In this document: one piece after another, positions 27,551 through 40,216 of the stretch
Numbering within the stretch: the stretch's first letter is position 1
Layout: every line of letters starts with the position of its first letter
Origin: Callorhinchus milii
Lineage: Eukaryota
DNA: 64,000 nucleotides
NCBI RefSeq assembly: GCF_018977255.1
Contig: NW_024704742.1
Span: forward strand, 28,336,001-28,400,000
Direction of reading: 5' to 3'
Notes under the pieces: generated by a model
The model's database searches: none
Seen by the model: only the letters and a program-made list of their open reading frames with translations
Told to the model about the DNA's origin: nothing
Program-made: the position numbers and the translations under genes

Positions 27551-27654
27551 TAACAACATATTTTATTATTCTTGAGAGTTCATGATGTAACCGTCTGAGA
27601 GTTGGGGCAAGTGTAACCATACATTAGACTGTGAAAGTAACCCAAGCTCTGAAA

Positions 27655-28140
27655 TGATAAGAACATACACCTGAGGTTTACGAACAGGAATAAACTATTA
27701 AATCAACCCTTTTACTTGTCTTTTGACCGCATTCTTCATTGCCTTCTTTCATCAGAAAATGTATTTAATTCCCTCATGAATTCATTTAAATAGCTTACTT
27801 CAGTGGTCCAGCCTGGTAACCTATTCCATTAGTCTATTATTCTATGGGTGAAAAGTTCCACTTCACTTCCTTTCCTACTCCTATTACTAATGTTTAACTT
27901 CTGTGGCCTGGTACTTGTGCCCTGGTATTTGAACCCTTCATCACAGGGAGTAATTTGCCTGCCTCAACTTTGTCAATTCCATTTCATGATCTCCAAAACT
28001 TTAATTAGGTCACCTCAGAGTCTCCTCTTCTAAAGGAAACAGGGCCAACGTTTTAACCTTTTGGCATAACTTAAATTCCAAATACTCTGAATCATCTGTG
28101 TTCCTTCTCACTGTACCCTCTCAAGGGCAATAATATCCTT
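27655..28140 (-). mobile_element. Old CR1 3' fragment
   Basis: ataagaacat tail; ggtaacctattcca; aggtcacctcagagtctcctcttctaaagg; tgtaccctctcaagggc. Confidence 0.65.
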
Positions 28141-28734
28141 CCTCTGGAACTCTACCTACGATGTCATGTGATACCAAAATCCAGGGTCTATTTCTCTGAA
28201 GACATCTCCGAAATTTTAATGGCGCACAGATGGGTTGAGGTATCTTAAGGATCCCATTACATTCGATTATAGGCTTTGGTGTAAAGACAACATCTTTTCC
28301 TTTGAACACCAGGTACACCTTCTTTCACTGTTGGGGAGTTACCTATGGGTAACAATATCACCCCATGTTTAATGTATCACATTCTGATGATGTATCATAT
28401 TCTGATGATGTAACTTGTTTTAACAGTAAATATTTATTTTGGTGGTTCTTTCCTGAAGAGACTATGGCAAAGATAAACATAGCCAGAAGAAAATGCTTGT
28501 ATGAAAGAGTAACGTTGTATTCCCAGTCTGTATTGTAAAATATGTCGTGTTTCAGTCGTGGCCTTTACTGAGGTGAGTTCTTCCCTCACTGGATTATCAA
28601 CCCTTAGATTGTAATTTAAGTGGAACCTGATGGGGAAGATGGACATTTGATGCTTGCTGTAACAAACTGCAGGTGTTTTAATAACATCTTATCCTACTTG
28701 CACCTTCTGCGCTGCCTCAAGTTCCCTTATGCTA

Positions 28735-28845
28735 CAGTTCAATCTATGACTGTGTGGGACACTGCTGTTGGCTGCCGCGTTTCACCTACAAAATATACAG
28801 TCAATTCACTTTACAGGATATTCTGTGAAGCGCTTTGAGAGATCG
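28735..28845 (+). mobile_element. SINE core/tail fragment, inverted relative to the adjacent copy
   Basis: tcaatctatgactgtgtgggacactgctgttggctgccgcgtttc...gtgaagcgctttgaga. Confidence 0.8.
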
Positions 28846-29102
28846 AAACGTGGCAGCCAATTGCCATAGCAGTGTCCCACACACAGTTGTGGATTGAGTG
28901 ACCATTTTTTTTCTGGAAGCAATTGTTACCCCCGGAAAAGTGATCCACCAATCGACTAACATCCGGTTTCCTACTTACCGCTCGGTAAACAGCGGCGTGT
29001 GTAGTAAGGAAACTTGCCCAACATTTTGCGATGCTCGGGAATTGAACCCAGGTCTCTTGCTTGTGAAGCGAGTCCTCTAAATACTGAGCTACAGGACTCC
29101 AC
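28846..29102 (-). mobile_element. tRNA-derived SINE, long subfamily, head to core
   Basis: rc head ctgagctacaggactccac ends at 29102; long middle segment present. Confidence 0.88.
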
Positions 29103-29615
29103 CTGCCGATATTGGATGATAGAAGTGGGGGAAAAAAATGTTCTCTCTCATGCCTCATGCTAATGAGTGCAAAGGTTCACTCTGAAAAAGGAATATAAAT
29201 TATATTTATTTTAAAGTAAATTCTTCTGAATTACATACTGTATCTGGGACATTCTTCGTATACAATTAGGCTCATCACTTTTAATTGAAACGGTTTAAAT
29301 CAATGCATTATGAAAATGGGTAGTTGATTTCTACGTGTGAATAAGAGATTTATTTCTGACCAACCGACCTCTTTACCTGTTTTCTCTTTTATTTCAATTT
29401 TGTTCCTTTTTTCTGGCCTGTTTTACTCATCTTAGCCATTTTGTCGTTTGTTTTCACTGAACAATAAATTGGCAATGTATTAAATTTTGGAAAACAATTC
29501 ATTTGAATGATGTAAGAGAGAAGTCAGTGTAAGATTATCTCTATTTTGTTTTAACTTTGGGATAAGCATAATGGATTGGGTTTTTCCTATCCTATATATC
29601 CCTAAGGGGACGGAA

Positions 29616-29854
29616 ATTGCAATATTTGATGTGATTATCAGAGGTGATAATTGTCACATTGCCAAAAACTGTAGTCCGGCTGAGTCTTTGATTATTGAAT
29701 GGTTTCTAATGAGAGCCCCGTTTATCTCCTTCACTTCGCACAATGGTTTTGGCATAAAGTCAGCCCCCACCATTGTTGTCAGTGCTGCTTCGTGTGATAC
29801 TGCCTAACTTTATCCCAAGTGACAATTATCACATCACCTATTATATATTGCAAT
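29616..29854. repeat. Inverted-repeat-bounded element (MITE-like)
   Basis: attgcaatat (29616-29625) / atattgcaat (29845-29854) and gtgataattgtcac (29644-29657) / gtgacaattatcac (29819-29832) are exact inverted pairs. Confidence 0.55.
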
Positions 29855-30557
29855 GCTGTGTATATCTCAATAACTCAGGTTCTATGTCATGGCCCCTACT
29901 AATAGCCCATTATTAGTGATTTTATTTTTTCAATGCAGATTATGAATTTATTCAAGTTCTTATGAAACCAATAATTACATAAGCAAAGCATGAAACATTC
30001 ACATGCTGTATGTATCTCAAGTTACATTTGGTTTTTAACATTTTTTAGATCATTTAAGCATTGTATTTGAGGCTTCTTTTACCTCTTTAGCATTTATACT
30101 TGCATAAATATTAGCTTTTAAAGTTTGCCTTTCTTAAGATGCATTTAAAGTGTGTTTTATTACTCATACTAAATATTTCAGTGTTTAATAATCCCAAACA
30201 AACCTCCTGATACACTGATAAATATTCTCAAGCAACACTGTTACAGGATCCTGCTTTTCCTATTCTCATCACATTATTGCCTTTGGAACTATTTTCCAGG
30301 CTCTCCACACTGAATGAAGCACCAAATTCTAAGTAATAAGAATTACTCCTGTTTAATTTATGATCAAATGTTTCCTGGCACAAAGGATTCAACTGCTCTC
30401 TTTATAGCTCAATGGCTGGATTGGGGCTTGAAATCCTGGTACCTGCTCTGAAAAAAGTTTCATTTTAATATCAGTAGTCTGTATGCTTTACTGCCAACAT
30501 GTGCCTGGATATCTGGACATGTTCCTTGCATTTCCCTCTACTTCGAGAAACGCTTAA

Positions 30558-30842
30558 CACAACAGCAACAACAACAATAAATTACATTTGTTTAGCTGCT
30601 TTCCCATTGGGAGGACATCCCAAGGCACTGGCCAGTTAGGGATTTGGACCCGAGCAGGGGGTTGGGATCAGGAGAGGTGGAGAGCAGGAAGGGTAAGGGT
30701 AGGAGGATGACTGAAGACGCAGTCAAAGAAGAGTCTTGAGATGTGCCTTGAAGGAGGCAAGGGAGGGAGCAAGGCAAAGGGACTGTGGGATAGAGTTTCA
30801 ATGGTGGGGGGCAGAGAGGTTGAAGGCCCAATTGCCAATGGT
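30558..30842 (-). mobile_element. L2 3' fragment
   Basis: (CAA)n tail, gggaggacatcccaaggc, gccttgaaggaggcaaggg...gttgaaggccca. Confidence 0.82.
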
Positions 30843-31089
30843 TACCCCAAAGTTACCAGTTTATCAATGTCTTTGTCAATCCTAAAATAGATTTTACCAG
30901 TGTTTGCTGACTCCAATTACTAAATATTGAGGGATTTTTCGCGTTTTAGCAAACCAGTTGACCCATGGAGGCAGGAGTTCCCACACACGTGACGACAGTT
31001 TATGATTTAAAATATCTTTAAAACTCATCTCAGACCTAAATGATTCATTTACATAGGTAATTATCCTTCTATTCTTCCCTTTTCTTATT

Positions 31090-31444
31090 AAATAATAATA
31101 ATAATCCTTGCATTTGATATAGCACCTTATCACGACTTCGAGACATCTCAAGGCCCTTCACAGAATATACTGTAAAGTGAATTGACTGTGTATTTTGTGG
31201 GCGAAACACGGCAGCAGTGTCCCACAAACAGTTATGGATTGAATGACCAATTTATTGTTTTTTATTTTTTCAAGGATTTATTACCCCCGGAAAAGCAACT
31301 AACAACTGGGTTCCTATTTACTGCTGGGCAAACAGAGGTGTGTGGAGTAAGGAAACTTGCCCAACATTTCACTCTGCCGGAAATCATACCCAGGTTTCTC
31401 GCTTGCGAGGCAAATGCTCTAACCACTGAACTACAAGACACCAC
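31090..31444 (-). mobile_element. tRNA-derived SINE, long subfamily
   Basis: (AAT)n tail to rc head ccactgaactacaagacaccac; small core deletion. Confidence 0.9.
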
Positions 31445-31779
31445 AAAATCCTTCTTTATTGAAGAAGAAAGGATAGTTACTTGACTAAGTTTCCTTGTTT
31501 CAAATAATGTTACCTGTATAAAAATAACCTAATAAATGATAACTTATTTTGTTTTATTATTGTTTTAATTACTATTATTTTATGATTACTTTTATTTATT
31601 ATAACCAGTACAGATTGTGACTGATTAACCTCATATGCTTTTTTAAGGAAGTGACATCGCAAATTGGCTGTGGGAAGCCACATAACAGTGTATCTAGGCA
31701 TCCAAACGATTAGACTTCCATTTTACAACAAGTTGCATTTATATAGCGCCCCTCACACAGGGCAGCATCCCAGAGCAAA

Positions 31780-33030
31780 GAACCACATGAAATTGGCTAG
31801 GAGAAGAAGTGGGGAGGAATTAAATGAGGTACCTCGAGGGTCTTTAGTCAGACCCTTCCTGTTCCCAATACACATTAATGATCTGGTTTCATAGACCCAC
31901 TGCAAGGTAGTTATATTTGCAGATGACACCAAGTTGTGAGAAACTGTGGAATCGGAGGAGGTAGCAAAGAGTTTGTTAGGATATGATTGTGAACAGATGA
32001 CTGGCAAATGAAGTTTAATACAGATAAATATATATGACTGAATATAGGAGGCAAGAAAAGAAAACATAAATCCATGGAGAGGATAGAACTTCCCAAGAGA
32101 TCTAGAGGTGTGAGTTGGCTCACTATTCACCATGTCAAGACATTGGGAGAAAACAATAAAGAAGGCAAACCGGATGCTGGCTAAATTTACAAATCATTTG
32201 AGTTGAGAACCACGGACTTAATCGTCAAGCTGTATGATGCTTTGCTCAGTCTGCACTGAGACTTGAACTTAGAATGGGTTGTGTAGAACAACAACAACAA
32301 ATTTGTATAACACCTTTCACATCCGAAGGATGTTCCAAAGTGCTGGGCAGTCAAGGATGTGTACGCAAGATGGAGGTTGGGATCAGGAGGGGTGGAGGAG
32401 AGGGGGAGTGGGGATAGGAGGGTGACCAAAGGCATGGTTGAAGATGAAGATCATGAGACAGGCAATGAAGGAGGCAAGGGAGGGGATGAGGTGAAGGGAC
32501 TGTGGGATGGAGTTACAAAGGGTGGGGGCAGTCAAAACTGGGCCAGTTCTGGTCACCGGGAATTGGGGGCTACCAAGAAACTAGAGGCATAGGAGAGCAG
32601 TGAGGATGATCCCAATGTTAAAAGAATTAGGCAAGCTAGAAGTCTTTAGTCTTGAAAGGAAACATCTTAGAGGAGATAATAATAATAATCCTTACATTTA
32701 ATATGACTCCTTTCATATCAGGAGGACTCCCAGAAGTGCTTCAGAAGATATACTGTAAAGGGGAGTGACTTCTTGTTTTGCAGGTGAATGGAGAGCTCTT
32801 ATACACGTGTATAAAATTTGAAATGTGACTGAGAAAGTGAACTGAAAACAATGCTTTAGGCTGGACTGAGAGAATAGAATACGAGGATTATAGGTTTTGA
32901 GAAGCTAAGGACAATTTTAGGACAGACACCAGTAAATATTTCTTTACCCAGAGGGTAATTACAACTAGAATAGGTTAACGGGAAGGATAGTTGAGACCAG
33001 GCACCTGAAATAATTTAAATTGATATTGTT
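31780..33030 (+). mobile_element. Old CR1 LINE, interrupted by L2 and SINE tails
   Basis: EVPRGSLVRPFLFPIHINDL, tttgcagatgacaccaag (FADDTK), ttctttacccagagggta. Confidence 0.7.
32287..32540 (-). mobile_element. L2 3' fragment nested in CR1
   Basis: (CAA)n tail, ggtgaccaaaggcatggttgaag, gggactgtgggatggagtt. Confidence 0.8.
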
Positions 33031-33510
33031 TATAGGCTCTTTGAGCCCGTCTCCACTGGTTCCCCATCCCCCAGAGGATTGAGTTCTCAGTTTTAAATCC
33101 CTCTACAGTCTTGCCTCGCCCTCCTTTCTGCGACCAGTTAAGTATAAGAAAATATTGTAATTGTCAGCCGCTCTCCTTTCTATCTTGCCTTATTTTTCCT
33201 CGAATCTACTGCTCAGCTCTTATGTTTTCAAAGCACCTGATTCTCTTGAGCATACTGTTAATGTGAGAGCGGATGAATTATCAGCTTGAACAGCCATAAC
33301 CATTCATTGGAACAAAGTAAATTGATTTTGAAGGTAGAACAAATTGTTGGTTTGTGGCAGGAAAAACTTCTGTAAACCAGAGAAAGTGAAGAGTGAAGTC
33401 CGGTAATGGACATATGTGTTGGTTATGATTGCAAAAGCTCTTGTTCTTGCCTGAACTTACTTTCTGTAAAGAACTTTGGCATTAGAAAAAGTCAAGAATT
33501 GACTGTCATT

Positions 33511-34658
33511 ATATAAAAGGTTAGTCCAAAAGATAGGGGCCCATGGAATTGGGGGGAGCATATTAACGTGGATTGGGGAATGGTTAACGGGTAGGAAACA
33601 AAGAATAGGGATAAACGGGTCCTTTTCAGATTGGAGGGATGTGAATAGTGGAGTGCCACAAGGATCAGTCCTTGGGCCTCAGCTATTTACCATCTACATC
33701 AACCATCTAGATGAGGACATTGAAGTTAATATATCTAAATTCACGGATGACACGAAACTAGGAGGAAGTGTCAACACAGAGGATGACATTAAAAAAATGC
33801 AGCGAGACATAGATAGGTTAGGTGATGGGGCAGGTAGGTGGCAGATGAAGTATAATGTAGGGAAGTGCGAAGTCATCCACCTAGGTAGCAAAAACAGTAG
33901 AGGGGATTATTTTTTAGAAGGGGAGAGATTGGAATATGTTAGCATCCAGAGGGACTTGGGTGTCTTTGTACACCAATCACAGAAAGTTAGTCTGCAGGTG
34001 CAGCAGCAATTAGGAAGGCGAACGGTATGTTAGCATTCATTATGAAAGGATTAGAGTATAAGAGTGGGGAAGTCTTGCTGCAACTGTATAGGGCCCTGGT
34101 GAGACCACAGTTTTGGTCTCCTTATTTAAGAAAGGATGTACTTGCCTTGGAGGGGGTGCAGGGTAGATTTATTAGGTTATTACCAGGGATGAAGGGGATG
34201 AGTTACGAGGATAGGTTGACCAATTTGGGCCTATATTCTCTAGAATATAGAAGAATTAGAGGGTATCTTATAGAAATCTATAAGATCATCAAAGGGCATG
34301 ATAGAGTAGATAGTGGGAGATTGTTTCCCCTGGTTGGAGAAACTAAAACCAGGGATCACAACCTTAAAATCAGAGGCCAGCACTTTCGCACTCAGTTGAG
34401 GAAGAACTTGTTCACTCAAAGGGTGGTGAATGTATGGAACTCGTTACCCCAAAGGGCTGTTGACGCTCAGTCCTTGAACATATTCAAGACTGAGATAGAT
34501 ATATTTCTTATTGCAAAAGGGATTAAGGGATATGGGGATAAGGCAAGGTTAGGTTATTAGCTGGAGTTAGATTAGAAGATCAGCCATGATTGAATGGCGG
34601 GGCAGGCTCGGAGGGCTGAATGGCCTACTCCTGCTCCTACAAGTTATGTTATGTTATG
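33511..34658 (+). mobile_element. Young 5'-truncated CR1 LINE (RT domain and 3' UTR), non-functional
   Basis: SGVPQGSVLGPQLFTIYIN, SKFTDDTKLGG, WQMKYNVGKCEVIHLG, FTQRVVNVWNSLP; frameshift near 34005; in-frame deletion LVRP^QFWSP; 3' UTR gatcagccatgattgaatggcgg...cctactcctgctcct; (GTTAT)n tail. Confidence 0.95.
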
Positions 34659-34790
34659 GATACATGTGTTGCTTATGATTGCATTAAATCTTGTGCTTGC
34701 TATGTTTCCTTAGGTTCATTTCTGAAACCTTTGTTCAAAATCTTATTTATGTTGTTCCTCACTGTGTACTTGGCTATTTAAAGGTAAATC

Positions 34791-35081
34791 ATAATAATAA
34801 TCCTTGCATTTGATATAGCGCCTTATCATGTCTTCGAGACATCTCAAAGCGCTTCACAGAATATAAAGTAAAGTGAATTGACTGTACCTTTTGTGGGCAA
34901 AAAGCGGCAGCCAATTGCACACAGTAGTGTCCCACAAACAATCGTTGGTTGAAGTGACCAATTCAAAAAAAGTTTTTTGAAGGAATCATTACCCCCAGAA
35001 AAGTGATCCACTGATCAACTAACAACCGGGTTCCTGCTTACTGCTGGGTAAACAATGGTGTGTGGAGTAAGGAAACTTCCC
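34791..35081 (-). mobile_element. tRNA-derived SINE, long subfamily, 5'-truncated
   Basis: Tail through gtggagtaaggaaactt; head missing. Confidence 0.88.
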
Positions 35082-36202
35082 ATCATTACCCCAATTTGTA
35101 TCAAAATGACTGCAGCACTTAAATATCCTTATTTCCTCTTACTGTGACTTGTTGTATTGCATTTCTTTTTTAATGACAACATCTTATCTAAAGCTCATTG
35201 CATTGGTCTTGTGGTGAACTACATACAGTTTATACCTTCTATATTGCATTGGTTTAGAGAGTGAATCTTTCTGAGTAGATCATGGATGACCCTGGTAACA
35301 AATTCTAGTGGCATATTGTGCGGTATCAACAAAACCTCCAAACAGTAACAGACCCTAAACCCACACCAATACAGTCAGAATAAAACACACAAGGACAGTT
35401 GCAGTGGTACACACCAGGTGGTAATATGATTTTTTTGGTGATGGAAGTCTGACATCATGTTCAAACAACTGAAAGTTCCACATATGTATCATTCACTATA
35501 GTTTTTTTTGTATTTTAAACGTGATGTGACTTTGATTAATCTACTAGATGTAAGATTCAAACTCCCCCCAACCCCACAAACACACACCACCACCATCAGG
35601 ACTGGAGTCTTTATGTGAAAGGCTGCATAATGCAAAGATGCAAGATAAACCCATTAATGTTTCCTGCAGTACTTTTTATTTTTGTATTGAGTTCAGGCGT
35701 GTCTCTGTAAAGGGACAATAACATTTTGCAGGAAAGCTATATGTCTTTCAGTGCTGTTTTGAAGCTTCAAGGCTTTGGAAATTCTTGGTTGGAGACTAAG
35801 AATGTAACTCTGAGCCTTGAATTCCAACTCACTTCAGTTTCTGAAGCTTTAATTTTGTATTTCTCCCTTCACTTCCTTCCTGCTTTCCTGTATTTCTTTC
35901 TCTGTTCCCTTCCCTGTTTCCTGTATTCCTCCATTCCTTTCCCTCTTTCCTGCATTTTTCCATAGTCTCCTTCCCTCTTCCTTTTCTTGAATTTCACCAA
36001 CATACCAAATTTCAAATTACATTTTAAAATAATACTTCATTTGGATCCTTTTTTTTCTGAAAAATAGACTGCATCACAAATTAAGGCTAGATTTAAGAAT
36101 TTTTCACAGTTCTCTGCAGTTGTAAAATTTAAGATTGAATGGTCTTAGAGATAATAATAATATCTTTTACAATATTAATAGGTAAAGACTAGATGGAATT
36201 TA

Positions 36203-36565
36203 GTTGTCAGCTTGACTCAGATAGTAACATTTTCACCTCTGAGTCAGAAGGTCATGGGTTCAAGTCCCACGTTGGGACTTTGCCGTCCTTTGGAAGAGAC
36301 ATTAAACTGAGGTCCTATCTGCCTGTTCAGGTGGACATTGAAGATCCCATGGCATTATTCAAAAAGTGAAGGGCGTTTCTCCATTGGTCCAGCACAATAA
36401 TCCCCAAGATGAAATTGATCATTTACTTCACGGCTGTTTGTGGAATATTGCTGTGTGCAAATTAGATGCTGTGTTCCCCTACAAAATATAGTTAATTCAC
36501 TTTATAATAAATTCTGTGAGGTGTTTTGCGAGGTCCTCTTGACACGAAAGTTGCTAAATCAAATA
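36203..36565 (+). mobile_element. SacSINE1-like Deu-SINE, near full length
   Basis: cacctctgagtcagaaggtcatgggttcaagtcccac; gagacattaaactgaggtcctatctgcctgttcaggtggac; Deu core and tail. Confidence 0.8.
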
Positions 36566-37319
36566 GTAAATTAGTTTTACAATTATTATTAATTTTAGAG
36601 TTCTGTGTTGCCAATATACTTCCCATATACTAGTGTATATTACGTCCCAACAGAGGCCACTGGACGATGATAAATTGTGGGAACCCTGGCTAAATTTCCT
36701 TCCCCTGTTGAGATCAGCTAAATCTGGCAACACCAATCTTTGAACCAGAGACCTCACTGGTCTTTCTTCTTTAGTGCCTGTCATCATGTGGTACCCGCTG
36801 AGCCATCTGAGTAATACAAAGACATTTAAGAGTCACGTGCTGTCTGGATTTGGATGTGAAGTGCCCTGAATTTGCGTGTGGTCACTCTTCTAATGATTTT
36901 ACTGCTTAATTAATTGCTGCACGCTTACCTTATCTGCCAACTGAGAGATTCCAATCTCTCATGGGTTCATGCACAAGGCTCGCTGGCTGCCCTGCCTCCA
37001 AAGTACTTCAGTCCAGCTGCTGTCTGAATCATGGCCCAGAGCAACGCACCACACGGACACTTTGCTGTTTCCATGATAATACTTCTACAACTAAACTGGA
37101 GCTGTGATAGCACAGCCTGAGGTCGCACACGAATGACAGGATTGTGAAGGAATTAAATGAGAATTTCGACACCTGCCTTTACCTTGCCTTGTCACCCAGA
37201 CTGAGTGAAGCAAACGGGATGAAACTCCATCCGCTCTGTTCAGTGGCTTTGCAACACAGCCACATACATAAATCAGAGTCAGTTGTTGAGAAGCGGAATG
37301 TGAGAAATGCTGCAATATT

Positions 37320-37500
37320 AATAATAATTAATTTGATATAGCGTCTTTCATGTCAAAATGATGTCCCAAAATGCTTGCGAGAATATACTGTAAGGAGCAG
37401 TGACTGTATTTTGTGGGTGAATGTGGCAGCCAATCTGTGCACGATGATGTCCCACAAACAGCCATGAAGCGAATAGTATATTTTATTGTTGGCCAGGGCA
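37320..37500 (-). mobile_element. Deu-SINE 3' half
   Basis: atttgatatagcgtctttca...gtggcagccaatctgtgcac...cccacaaacagccatgaag. Confidence 0.7.
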
Positions 37501-37651
37501 CGAGAGTAATCTTATGGCAATGCACTAAGTCGATGTAAAGTGTAATTAACAATTAAAAAAACAATAATCTTTGCTTTTGATATAGCACTTTTTAACGTCA
37601 GAGGACGTCTTAAAGCTGACACCTTTTGACACACAAATATTATAGAAACAT

Positions 37652-38155
37652 TAATAACGACAACTTGCATTTTATATAATGCCTTCACGAGGGAAATTGT
37701 GCTAGAGAAGGGGACCATGTAAGCATGATCAAACAGGAAGCTCTTTAGGTAGGATTTGAAAGTGTTTAGGGAAGGGGCAAGGTGGAGGGGTTGAAGGAGA
37801 GAGTTCCAGAGTTTCAGGGGTAGTAGCTGAAGGCACGACCACCGATGGTGGAGCAGAGTTAACAAGGGACAAGCAGGAGGCTGGAGCCGGCCAAGCAGAG
37901 GCAGCGGGTGATCGAGTGGGGGGTAAGCAAATCGGATAGGTAGGGAGGTATGAAGACATGAAGTAATTTGAAAATGAGTGAGAGGAGCTTGAAGTCAATC
38001 CATTCAGTAATTGGGAGCCAGTGGAGACTGGCGAGGACTGGTGTGATGGGCGTAGGAGTGTTGTGCGGGTGTGAATCCAGGCAGAGGAGTTCTGAATTAG
38101 TTGAATTTTGTGTATGGTGGAACTGGGGAAACCAGTAAGGAGAATTGTGGAATAA
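37652..38155 (-). mobile_element. L2 3' fragment
   Basis: LKLWNSLLQPLHLAPSLNTFKSYLKSFLFDHAY on the minus strand; acaacttgcattt tail. Confidence 0.85.
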
Positions 38156-38478
38156 TTAGTACAGTAAGCTCTGCAGATAAATTTTAGTAACTTTAATGTT
38201 TATATTGAAGAGAGATGCCATTACAGGTTAATAGAATTTCTGTTTACCTCGTGCATCCACTGACCATAACAATCTAGTCCAAGTTTAGATGGGATTTTGG
38301 ACAGGTACAGATCCAAATTTCCTCTGCTCCATGAAAGCTCCTTATTCTCATCCTCAGGTTAAGTGTAGTGATACTCAGCATTGTATGGTGAGCAATGTTG
38401 ATGCAAAACATCAGGAATTCAGTTGTAACTCTTATTAGGAACATTAATCTCTTTGAAGACGGAAGATTTTTACCGCAT

Positions 38479-38839
38479 GTGGAACCCTGTAGCATAATGG
38501 TTAGCATGCTTGCCTGGCAAGCAAAAGGACCCGGTTTCGATTCCCATGTGGAGAGATACCTTGGGCAAGTTTCCTTACTCCACATGTGTTTACCTAGCAG
38601 TAAGTAGGAACTTGGCTGTTAGTCAGTTGTTGACAGATAGCTTTCCGGAGATAATAATCCCTCAAAAAAAAATGGTCACACAATCCATGACTGTTTGTGG
38701 GACACTGCTTTGCACAACTGACCTCTACATTTCACCCACAAAATATACAGTGAATCCACTTTACAATATATTCTGTGAAGCGTTTTGAGATTTCTCAACG
38801 ACATGATAAGGCGCTGTATCAAAGGCAAGGATATTTATT
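38479..38839 (+). mobile_element. tRNA-derived SINE, long subfamily, diverged
   Basis: Head gtggaaccctgtagcataatggttagc to gcgctgtatcaaaggcaagg. Confidence 0.87.
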
Positions 38840-40092
38840 CAATGTGCACCAGATTCAGTTCAATCCCAGGTCAAAGGTGGCAAAGGACATCATTCCAAAT
38901 CATTTTGTCAACCAATCTCTTTAGCTATTTTAAAGGGAAAGAGAATTCAGAAGGTATGTATGTTCTGTTTTACGTGTTATCCCATAAAATAGAGAAAAAA
39001 CATTTTCAAATTATATTTATTCACAGCAAGTTATTGCTCTTATATGTGACCTGAGACCTGCCTCCTCTTGGCCTTGGTCCCTCCAGTAATGTCATTGACT
39101 GGGAATTGTTGCCTGTTTCCTGCAATGGCTCCAAATTAGTTTAATGAGGACTCCTGCTTTGAATGGGTCTAGTAGCCAAACTGCCCCTGCACAGCACTGC
39201 AAAATACAATACTGGTTAAATATTCCTGTGCAGTGCTTCCCTGTCAGATCGAACAGTTCTATATTGGTTCCAAAGCCAAATTAAGGACAAATACCTCCAA
39301 ACATTTCCTTTTAAATATTGTTACAGTACAACAAAAGTTATCAAATCTTGTTTTTCCTATTATCCAACACATCTGTGCAGGTAAAATGGAAATGCATGCG
39401 ATATCAGTTTCCCAATCTAGCTGTTTGGATAAGTGACAGTTCAACATTCCTGCAGCAGTTGTTTAAAGGTATATAAATCAGATTTGTTTATGCAATATCC
39501 ATATTCTGGAGGGAAAAAAGAAATGATATTTTAATATTTAATGTGATTTGGGCTTAAGTATTCACGGTGACGATTTTTATTCTGGAGTGCAGCATAATTT
39601 AAAATTGCTTTATGAATTTATAAATGAAGTCCAATTATTTTCTGTACAGTATGTCCTCTGAAGTAGGTCATTGATGAGAGCTCAGTTACGAGAATGGCAG
39701 TATTAATATAGTTCTGACTACAGACATCCAGGAAATTCAACAATTTCAGGCTTAACAACTTTTTTTGTTGGCATAAGTAAAACATGCTTTTTCACAGTGT
39801 GATATATTTGGAGTTCAGAATCTGTGCACATTGAGCAAAACTGAAAGAAGGCAGTGCCCCCAAAACACACAGTCGCTCCACTTTAAAGTATATCCTGTGA
39901 AGCACTTTGGGGCGTCCTTCATACTAAATTAGAAGTTATTATTAAATTATTTGCTGTTGTGTTAAATTTTTGTATAACTTATTTGTAGTTTTGCCAAAGG
40001 TATTATTGAGTTATCCACCTCAGCCTTAACTATTGCACTTCACTAATTATGCAAAATAGCCTTTGATAGAAAAAAAGGGGATTCATGATTAT

Positions 40093-40216
40093 GATAATAA
40101 TCCTTGTATTTGATATGTGCCTTATCACATCTTTGAGACTTCTCAAAGCGCTTCACAGGATTTACTGTAAACTATCGACCATGCATTTTGTAACATATGC
40201 AAAGATGGCAGCCAAT
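40093..40216 (-). mobile_element. SINE 3' fragment
   Basis: ataataatccttgtatttgatatgtgccttatcac...ctcaaagcgcttcacag. Confidence 0.7.

Noticed and set aside
28372..28412. Short direct repeats as a CRISPR-like array
   Set aside because: Simple 18-bp tandem duplication with no spacers, in eukaryotic context.
33641..34560. Two RT-like ORFs as an active or novel reverse transcriptase system
   Set aside because: Ordinary 5'-truncated CR1 with a frameshift, an internal deletion and no endonuclease or ORF1.
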